Below are positions 45,718-52,402 of a DNA stretch of 52,402 nucleotides, piece by piece. A program made the translations under genes and the position numbers. The stretch is from Candidatus Kapaibacterium sp. (GTDB lineage Bacteria > Bacteroidota > Ignavibacteria > Kapaibacteriales > UBA2268): assembly GCA_937936035.1 (NCBI GenBank), contig CALGXJ010000040.1:1-52402 (forward strand), given 5' to 3'. The notes under the pieces are model-generated. The model worked only from the letters and a program-made list of their open reading frames with translations. It made no database searches and was not told the origin of the DNA. Numbering within the stretch: position 1 is the first letter of the stretch; every line of letters starts with the position of its first letter.

Positions 45718-45760
45718 AATTAAAAAGGGAAATTTGTTTAAACTATCACAAATTTCCCTT
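45718..45760 (-). terminator. Rho-independent terminator of leuS
   Basis: Perfect 13-bp stem AAGGGAAATTTGT/ACAAATTTCCCTT (45725-45737 / 45748-45760) with a 10-nt loop, 44 nt past the leuS stop. TTTTTAAT follows on the minus strand. Confidence 0.75.
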
Positions 45761-45803
45761 ATTTTCTGCTATTTATCAGATATTTTTGAGGCTAAGCGGC
45801 GAC

Positions 45804-48356
45804 TTAGACAATAATATTAATAAGCTTATTCGGGACGAAAATAATTTTACGAATTGGCTTGCCCTCAACGTATTTCTGCACCTGTTCGTTTTCAAGAGCA
45901 ATTTGCCTGACTTCGTCCTCCGATGCGTCGAGTTTGATTTGCAGGCGGGTGCGAATTTTGCTACACACCTGAACTACAAACTCGATTGTCTGACGCACGG
46001 TTTTGGCTTCGTCGAACTGGGGCCACCCAGCAAATACAACGCTTTCGGTTTCGCCGAGACGATGCCATAATTCTTCGGCAATGTGCGGAGCAAACGGAGC
46101 AAGGCAGAGAAGGAATTTTTTCATTGCATCTTTTGGTTTGGTTTCGTATTTGTAGAATTCATTGACAAAAATCATCATCTGAGCGATAGCGGTATTGAAG
46201 CTCAGGTTTTCAATATCATCCTGAACTTTTTTGATAGTGTAGTTCAGAACGTATTCCTGTTCGTCGTTGAGCGGAGCATCGACAACATTAGGTGAGAGGT
46301 TGCCGTCGTCGTCGAGAATCATTCTCCAGACACGGTTAAGGAAGCGGTTTACTCCTTCGATACCTTTGGAAGACCAGGGTTTTGATGCTTCGAGCGGACC
46401 GAGGAACATTTCGAACAAGCGGAGGGAGTCGGCGCCGTATTCATTAATTACTTCATCGGGATTAATGACGTTTCCGAGTGATTTGGACATTTTGCGACCA
46501 TCTTCGCCAAGAATCAATCCCTGGTGGAAGAGCTTTTTGAATGGTTCCGGAGTGGACACATAGCCGTAGTCGTAAAGGACTTTGTGCCAGAACCGGGCAT
46601 AGAGCAAGTGCAGCACAGCGTGTTCGGCACCACCGACGTAAAGATCAACTCCATCGGGCATCATCCAGTATTGTTCTTTTTCTTTCGAGCAGAAGAATTC
46701 GTTGTTGTTTGGGTCGATATAGCGCAGGTAATACCAGCAGGAACCAGCCCACTGAGGCATTGTATTTGTTTCGTAGCGGGCACGTTTGCCTGTTTTCTTG
46801 TCCACGAAATCAACCCATTCGGTGACGTTGGCAAGTGGTGATTCGCCGGTGCCGGCAGGCTTAAAATCTTTCACCTCGGGCAGCAGCAATGGTAATTCGT
46901 CGGGGTCTAAGGCTCGCTTCGTTCCATCTTCGAAGAACATAATCGGGATAGGTTCGCCCCAGTAACGCTGCCGGGAGAAGAGCCAATCACGCAATTTATA
47001 TTGCACTTTGCGTTGCCCGATGCCTTTATTTTCGATCCAATTGATAATTCGTTCGATTGCTTGGCGAGTTGGAACGCCATTGAGCGAAACTTCCTGATTT
47101 TCCGAGTTCACTCCAATTCCATCGTAAGAAACGAAGGCTTCATTTTCTACTTCGATTTGGGAGCCATCAGCTGGGGCAACTACTTGTACAATAGGCAAGC
47201 CGAACTGACGGGCGAATTCATTGTCGCGTGTATCGTGTCCGGGCACAGCCATAATTGCGCCGGTTCCGTAGTGAGCGAGCACATAATCAGCAATCCATAT
47301 AGGAATAAGTTTGTTATTGGCAGGATTAATAGCGTAGCCGCCGGTTGGAACGCCGGTTTTTTCTTTGGAAAGTTCAGTGCGTTCGAGGTCGCTTTTCTCT
47401 GCAGCCTGTTTGATGTATTGCTCGACGGAGTTGCGGTATTCGTCGGTTGTAAGCTCAGGAACAAGCTCGTGTTCGGGAGCAAGCACCAGATAGGTAGCGC
47501 CGAAAATAGTATCGGGACGAGTAGTGAACACAGTAATATGTTTGTCGGAAGAATCTATTTTGAAGTTAATCAAAGCACCTTCGCTTTTGCCAATCCAGTT
47601 TTTCTGCATTTCTTTTGTTGAGTGGGGCCAATCGACAAGCTCCAAGTCTGCAAGCAAGCGTTCGGCGTATTCGGTGATTCGAATCATCCATTGGCGCATA
47701 GGGCGGCGTTCCACAGTGTAGCCTTTTTCTTTCCACTCGTCCACTTCTTCGTTGGCAAGCACGGTGCCAAGCTCGGCGCACCAATTAACAGGGATCATTG
47801 CAATATAAGCAAGGCGGTGACGGTCGCGGTATTCTTCGATTTCGCGAGGGTCGGTGATGCTCTTGGGTATTGGCAATTCCGAGATTGGACGAGCTTTATT
47901 TAGTTCTTTGTCGAAATAAGAGTTGTAGATAAGCAGGAACATCCATTGCGTCCATTTGTAATAATTCGGGTCGGTAGTATTGATACATCTGGACCAATCG
48001 TAGCCGAGCCCAATCATATTAAGTTGTCGTTTGAAATTTTCGATATTTTTTTCTGTTGCAACAACGGGGTGGATGCCGGTTGTCATCGAATAGCGTTCCG
48101 TAGGCAAACCGAAGGCATCGAACCCCATAGGGTGCAGCACCGAAAATCCCTTCATACGCTTGTAGCGGGCGACGATGTCCGTGGCAGTGTAGCCTTCGGG
48201 GTGTCCGATGTGGAGCCCGGCACCGCTCGGATAGGGGAACATATCGAGAATATAGTATTTGGGATTATTTTTGTTTTCGACAACTTTATTTACATTATTT
48301 TCCTGCCAGAATTTTTGCCATTTTTGTTCAATTTCTTTAAAAGGATAACCAGCCAT
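45804..48356 (-). CDS. leuS: Leucine--tRNA ligase
   Basis: 850 aa. HIGH motif (GLHIGHPEGY), KMSKS motif (RKMSKSLGN), and the typical LeuS N-terminus FKEIEQKWQKFW. Confidence 0.95.
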   Translation of the reverse strand: MAGYPFKEIEQKWQKFWQENNVNKVVENKNNPKYYILDMFPYPSGAGLHIGHPEGYTATDIVARYKRMKGFSVLHPMGFDAFGLPTERYSMTTGIHPVVATEKNIENFKRQLNMIGLGYDWSRCINTTDPNYYKWTQWMFLLIYNSYFDKELNKARPISELPIPKSITDPREIEEYRDRHRLAYIAMIPVNWCAELGTVLANEEVDEWKEKGYTVERRPMRQWMIRITEYAERLLADLELVDWPHSTKEMQKNWIGKSEGALINFKIDSSDKHITVFTTRPDTIFGATYLVLAPEHELVPELTTDEYRNSVEQYIKQAAEKSDLERTELSKEKTGVPTGGYAINPANNKLIPIWIADYVLAHYGTGAIMAVPGHDTRDNEFARQFGLPIVQVVAPADGSQIEVENEAFVSYDGIGVNSENQEVSLNGVPTRQAIERIINWIENKGIGQRKVQYKLRDWLFSRQRYWGEPIPIMFFEDGTKRALDPDELPLLLPEVKDFKPAGTGESPLANVTEWVDFVDKKTGKRARYETNTMPQWAGSCWYYLRYIDPNNNEFFCSKEKEQYWMMPDGVDLYVGGAEHAVLHLLYARFWHKVLYDYGYVSTPEPFKKLFHQGLILGEDGRKMSKSLGNVINPDEVINEYGADSLRLFEMFLGPLEASKPWSSKGIEGVNRFLNRVWRMILDDDGNLSPNVVDAPLNDEQEYVLNYTIKKVQDDIENLSFNTAIAQMMIFVNEFYKYETKPKDAMKKFLLCLAPFAPHIAEELWHRLGETESVVFAGWPQFDEAKTVRQTIEFVVQVCSKIRTRLQIKLDASEDEVRQIALENEQVQKYVEGKPIRKIIFVPNKLINIIV

Positions 48357-48552
48357 ATTAATATTTATATTATTTATTTAACAAATACAAAAAACAAAAA
48401 TAACGATTTTTTTCAAATCTAAATGAAATATAATAGATTTAGTTAATAAATAATATTGTTTGTTGTGAAGGACAATATAGGGACGGAAGCATATCAATAT
48501 AAAACAAACGGGGAGATTAACCGTCTTTAAAAAGTTATATTTGAGAAGAGAA

Positions 48553-49887
48553 ATGGCAACAACAATAGTAGCTCTTGCAACGCCGCCGGGAATAGGCGGG
48601 CTTGCTGTTATCAGGATTTCAGGTGAGAAATCATTTGAGATTGTCGATAGAATTTTTTCTGGTCGCACAAGGGCGCAGGACGCCGATAGCCACACAATAC
48701 ATTACGGCAAAATCTACCGCGGCGATGAAATCGTTGATACAGTAACCGTATCTATTTTTCGCAAGCCGAATTCCTACACGGGCGAAGACGTAGCCGAGAT
48801 CAGTTGCCACGGCGGTATGATAGTGGCAAACGAAATAATCGACCTATGCATAGAAAACGGAGCCGAAATGGCAAAGCCGGGAGAATTCACCCGACGCGCT
48901 TTTATTAACGGCAAGTTAGACCTATCGCAAGTGGAGGCAGTTGCCGATATAATTCATTCCACTACACGGCTGGCGGCACAAACAGCCTCGCGGCAGCTTG
49001 TTGGAAATTTCAAAAAGCGACTCGACGAAATCATACAAAATTTAATGAAAATTGCTGGTTTGCTCGAGCTGGAATTAGATTTTGCGGAAGAAGAAATAGA
49101 GTTGGTAGAAAAGCATCAGATTATTGAAAGAATCGAGCAGGTTGTGCAATATTGCTTGTCGCTTGCCTTGTCCCATCGGAGTGCCGAGATACTGAGAAAT
49201 GGCTTTTATGTTGGCATAGCAGGATTTCCTAATTCTGGAAAATCAACTTTGTTCAATACATTATTGCAAAAGCATCGGGCGATTGTGAGCCCAGTGCCGG
49301 GCACAACGCGCGACTATATAGAGGAGTCGCTATATATCGGCGACATTCACGTAAGGCTTGTGGATACAGCCGGAGTTCGTACTTCTGATGATATAATCGA
49401 AGTGGAAGGCATCCGGCTTGTAGAGAATGTATTGCAGATGTCTGATTTAATTCTGGTGATAAACGACGCAACGAAAGGCATAAACCATTCTGACGAATTA
49501 GCAGAAGGAATACGGCGGAAGCATCCCAATAGAGAAGTGGTGGTTGTGCAGAACAAAGTTGATTTGCTTGAAGCAGATAGGATAGAAGGCATATCAGCAA
49601 AACATAATTTAGGCATAGAAAAGCTAAAAGAACTGATTGCCGGGAAAGCAAAAGTATTTTTCCCGAGAGAGCAGGACGCTTTGATAAATCAAAGACAAGC
49701 AAAGTTGCTTTCGGAGGCGGCAGGTATTCTGCAAAATTCAATTGAATCGATAAAATCTGGCTTCGACAACGTTGCCATAGCAATTGATATTCGTCAGGCA
49801 GCAGAAAAGTTAGGCGAGATAACGGGGAAGAAATGGAGCGAAGACGTTTTAAATCAAATTTTTTCTAATTTCTGTATCGGTAAATAA
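48553..49887 (+). CDS. mnmE: tRNA modification GTPase MnmE
   Basis: ATG at 48553 (the track's 48541 is a TTG). TIVALATPPGIGGLAVIRISG, G1 GFPNSGKST, G3 DTAG, NKVD, and the C-terminal FCIGK motif. Confidence 0.93.
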   Translation: MATTIVALATPPGIGGLAVIRISGEKSFEIVDRIFSGRTRAQDADSHTIHYGKIYRGDEIVDTVTVSIFRKPNSYTGEDVAEISCHGGMIVANEIIDLCIENGAEMAKPGEFTRRAFINGKLDLSQVEAVADIIHSTTRLAAQTASRQLVGNFKKRLDEIIQNLMKIAGLLELELDFAEEEIELVEKHQIIERIEQVVQYCLSLALSHRSAEILRNGFYVGIAGFPNSGKSTLFNTLLQKHRAIVSPVPGTTRDYIEESLYIGDIHVRLVDTAGVRTSDDIIEVEGIRLVENVLQMSDLILVINDATKGINHSDELAEGIRRKHPNREVVVVQNKVDLLEADRIEGISAKHNLGIEKLKELIAGKAKVFFPREQDALINQRQAKLLSEAAGILQNSIESIKSGFDNVAIAIDIRQAAEKLGEITGKKWSEDVLNQIFSNFCIGK

Positions 49888-51767
49888 TGTTTCACGTGAA
49901 ACAAAGAGACAACAAATTTGACGTAATCGTGGTAGGTGGCGGGCACGCAGGCATAGAGGCTTCGTTTGTCGCTGCAAATATGGGTGCAACGGTGGCACTT
50001 GTAACAATGAACCTGCACACAATCGGACGCCCGTCGTGCAATCCGTCCATAGGTGGCACTGCCAAAGGGCATCTTGTAAAGGAAATTGATGCCTTGGGCG
50101 GTGCAATGGGAGTGCTTGCCGACAGAGGCGGACTTCTCTTTAAAATGCTGAACCGTTCGAAAGGTCCGGCGGTGTGGTCGCCTCGCACTCAAATCGACAA
50201 AGACTTATACCCTAAATACGCTCTTGAATTACTGCTTAGACAACCGAATTTAACTTTGATAAAAGACACTGTTGAGGAAATCATTGTTGAGAACAACAGA
50301 ATAGCCGGAATAAAGACAAAATCTAATGAATACCTCAAGGCAAAAGCCGTTGTTCTATGCGCCGGGACATTTCTTAACGGGAAAATGTTCACTGGTTTGG
50401 AAGTAGCATACGGTGGACGTTACGGCGAACCCGCTTCGGAGCGTGTGTCTGATTTGCTGGCTGCATATGGATTAGAAAAAGGACGGTTAAAAACAGGTAC
50501 ACCACCACGAGTTCACGCAAAATCAATTAACTATGGCAAAACTGAATTATCCGGTGGCGACGAACCACCCGAACCGTTTTCTTATCGCACTCATAAGGTT
50601 AAGAACCGTCTGATGTGTTTTGCAACATCCACAAACGAGCGCACTCACGAAATACTTAGAACGGGGTTCTCCCGTTCACCTATGTTTACAGGCAGAATAG
50701 AAGGAGTAGGACCTCGATATTGTCCTTCGATAGAAGATAAAATTGACCGCTTCGCAGAGCGTCTGTCGCATAAAATTTTGCTTGAACCCGAAGGGCTCCG
50801 GACAGAGAGCGTATATGTGAACGGATTTTCTACAAGTTTGCCGCGTGATGTGCAGGAAAAAGGTTTGCGGACAATCCATGGTCTGGAAAAATGCGAAATA
50901 CTACGCTACGGTTATGCCATAGAATACGACTTTTTCTATCCGTATCAGCTGAAATACACGTTAGAGACGAAGGCGATAGACGGTCTGTTTTTTGCTGGGC
51001 AGATAAATGGAACTTCCGGCTACGAGGAAGCGGCGGCGCAAGGCTTGGTTGCCGGGATTAATGCTGTTTTGAAAGTAAGGCAAGAAGGTGTATTCATCCT
51101 GAGGCGTTCAGAAGCCTATATCGGGGTGCTTATTGACGACTTGATAAACAAGAACACAGAAGAGCCGTATCGGTTATTTACTTCGCTTGCCGAATATAGA
51201 TTGCTTTTGCGTCAGGATAATGCTGCGTACAGATTAATGAAATACGGCTTTCAGTTCGGGATTGTTTCACGTGAAACATTCGAACGTTTTCAGAGGCAAG
51301 AAAATGCGGTGAAATACGCTTTCGAGTATTTCAAAAACAACAAGCTAAAACCTAACGAAGTGAATGAATATCTTATCTCGAATGGAGAAAATCCGATAAA
51401 TGATGCTCAATCTATTTTTATTCTCGCAAAAAGAGAAAACACAGATATTACTCGATTAGCACAAATTGTAAATGTGGAAGACGCAGTGGTGCGAAAAGTG
51501 CTTTCATCTAACAAGTTGCTTGAACAATTACGCACAGAAATCAAATACGACGGGTATATAGAACGTCAAAAACGTGAAATAGAGTATTTTGTGGAAAACG
51601 AAAATAAATACATTCCTGAAAACATTGATTATTTTTCAATTCCTTCGCTATCGAACGAAGCGAAAGAAAAGCTTAGTCGCATTCGTCCGCGTTCGCTTGG
51701 TCAGGCTTCCCGTATTGCGGGTGTTTCGGCTGCTGATGTTTCTGTTTTATCAATTTATTTAAGATAA
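49887..51767 (+). CDS. mnmG: tRNA uridine 5-carboxymethylaminomethyl modification enzyme MnmG (GidA)
   Basis: FAD motif VIVVGGGHAGIEAS, then GRPSCNPSIGG.AKG, GPRYCPSIEDK, FFAGQINGTSGYEEAAAQG. The start overlaps the mnmE stop by 1 nt (TAATG). Confidence 0.95.
   Translation: MFHVKQRDNKFDVIVVGGGHAGIEASFVAANMGATVALVTMNLHTIGRPSCNPSIGGTAKGHLVKEIDALGGAMGVLADRGGLLFKMLNRSKGPAVWSPRTQIDKDLYPKYALELLLRQPNLTLIKDTVEEIIVENNRIAGIKTKSNEYLKAKAVVLCAGTFLNGKMFTGLEVAYGGRYGEPASERVSDLLAAYGLEKGRLKTGTPPRVHAKSINYGKTELSGGDEPPEPFSYRTHKVKNRLMCFATSTNERTHEILRTGFSRSPMFTGRIEGVGPRYCPSIEDKIDRFAERLSHKILLEPEGLRTESVYVNGFSTSLPRDVQEKGLRTIHGLEKCEILRYGYAIEYDFFYPYQLKYTLETKAIDGLFFAGQINGTSGYEEAAAQGLVAGINAVLKVRQEGVFILRRSEAYIGVLIDDLINKNTEEPYRLFTSLAEYRLLLRQDNAAYRLMKYGFQFGIVSRETFERFQRQENAVKYAFEYFKNNKLKPNEVNEYLISNGENPINDAQSIFILAKRENTDITRLAQIVNVEDAVVRKVLSSNKLLEQLRTEIKYDGYIERQKREIEYFVENENKYIPENIDYFSIPSLSNEAKEKLSRIRPRSLGQASRIAGVSAADVSVLSIYLR
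49888..49903. repeat. 16-bp perfect palindrome TGTTTCACGTGAAACA, copy 1 (covers nt 2-17 of mnmG, including the UG of the start codon)
   Basis: Read directly: a-TGTTTCAC|GTGAAACA-a at 49888-49903. Identical to copy 2. Confidence 0.9.
51263..51278. repeat. 16-bp perfect palindrome TGTTTCACGTGAAACA, copy 2 (inside mnmG, different codon phase)
   Basis: Read directly at 51263-51278 (att-TGTTTCACGTGAAACA-ttc). It encodes VSRET here, versus MFHVKQ at copy 1. Confidence 0.9.
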
Positions 51768-51771
51768 AAAT

Positions 51772-52402
51772 ATGAAAATTGTTCTTATCCAACCGGACAC
51801 TTTAATCGGCGAGGCTCTCGAAACGCTTATCCCACGAGAAACAAGCGCACAGCTTTGCCGGATAAATATTGCCCAGCCTCCTGCTTATAACGAAGAATGG
51901 GAATATACTCTTGATTTTACAGACAGAAAATTACTTCGGAAGATTATACTTTCGGAAAAGCCCGATATTATTATTAATCCATATATAATTACTAACAACA
52001 AAGATAATCTTACAAAAGAGCAAATCTGGAATATAAATGTAGATTTGAATGATTTTCTTATTACTACTGCAAAAATCGCAGACATTCACTACATTACATT
52101 TTCCAGCGAACTTGTCTTCGATGGCAAGCGCGGCCCTTACTCGGAGGACGACCTTGTTTGCCCGACGGATTATTTATCCAAAAGCCTTGTGGCAAGAGAA
52201 AACTCCTGCAAACAGGACTTAAACCAGACTACTCTATTTAGAACTACAAAAGTATTCGGCTATTCAAATTATGATAATTTAGATGAAGTATCCGAAATTT
52301 ATGTATATTTGCAAACCGGTATTGATGTGGAAGTGAAAAACACGGTTCTATCGAACCCGGTTTGGAATAATGATGTTGCCCGAGCTGTAATTAATGCTTT
52401 TG
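51772..52402 (+). CDS. RmlD-like (dTDP-4-dehydrorhamnose reductase family) protein, N-terminal 210 aa; the 3' end lies outside the window
   Basis: My own translation, open to the window edge: MKIVLIQPDTLIGEALETL...KPDIIINPY...IHYITFSSELVFDGKRGPYSEDDLVCPTDYLSKSLVAREN.... The ISS..VFDG....Y.E.D...P...Y..SK pattern is RmlD-like, but the N-terminal GxxGxxG loop is absent. Confidence 0.5.
   Translation, partial: MKIVLIQPDTLIGEALETLIPRETSAQLCRINIAQPPAYNEEWEYTLDFTDRKLLRKIILSEKPDIIINPYIITNNKDNLTKEQIWNINVDLNDFLITTAKIADIHYITFSSELVFDGKRGPYSEDDLVCPTDYLSKSLVARENSCKQDLNQTTLFRTTKVFGYSNYDNLDEVSEIYVYLQTGIDVEVKNTVLSNPVWNNDVARAVINAF

Noticed and set aside
1-52402. tRNA, rRNA, CRISPR, IS elements, integrases, prophage, toxin-antitoxin or known defence genes.
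   Set aside because: No T-loop-type GGTTCGAATCC-like sequence lies outside coding regions. There are no direct-repeat arrays and no transposase, integrase or phage-like translations in any of the six frames listed.

Overview
Gene-dense 52.4-kb chromosomal window of moderate-to-low GC. I found no rRNA, tRNA, CRISPR array, transposase or integrase. The source is probably an FCB-superphylum bacterium (Ignavibacteriota/Bacteroidota-like). This is an inference from T9SS-type C-terminal sorting domains, a DUF5103/T9SS-plug-like gene and very tight gene packing. Most of the window is housekeeping: lepA-lepB, an OmpR/PhoR-like two-component pair, a ZnuABC-type metal importer, a patatin-POTRA-Omp85 protein, acyP, a PSP1/RicT-like gene, a PLP dehydratase, mntP, recG, a SpoU methyltransferase, DJ-1, cdsA, leuS and mnmE-mnmG. 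The standout region is 3.1-21.0 kb, an all-minus-strand cell-surface island. It holds two intact giant ORFs (2434 aa and 2148 aa). After a strong terminator comes a tight trio: a T9SS-plug-like protein, a two-domain lipoprotein, and a cohesin+dockerin protein with a T9SS C-terminal domain. Other items worth a second look: (1) an aspartate ammonia-lyase with an N-terminal cyclic-nucleotide-binding-like domain whose phosphate-binding Arg is replaced by His; (2) an identical 16-bp perfect palindrome present twice in mnmG, once directly over its start codon at the mnmE/mnmG 1-nt overlap; (3) a NifX-like protein with a His-rich tail; (4) a three-gene overlapping operon of unknowns ending in an MtnX-like HAD phosphatase. 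All product calls come from reading motifs in the supplied translations. No database search was possible.
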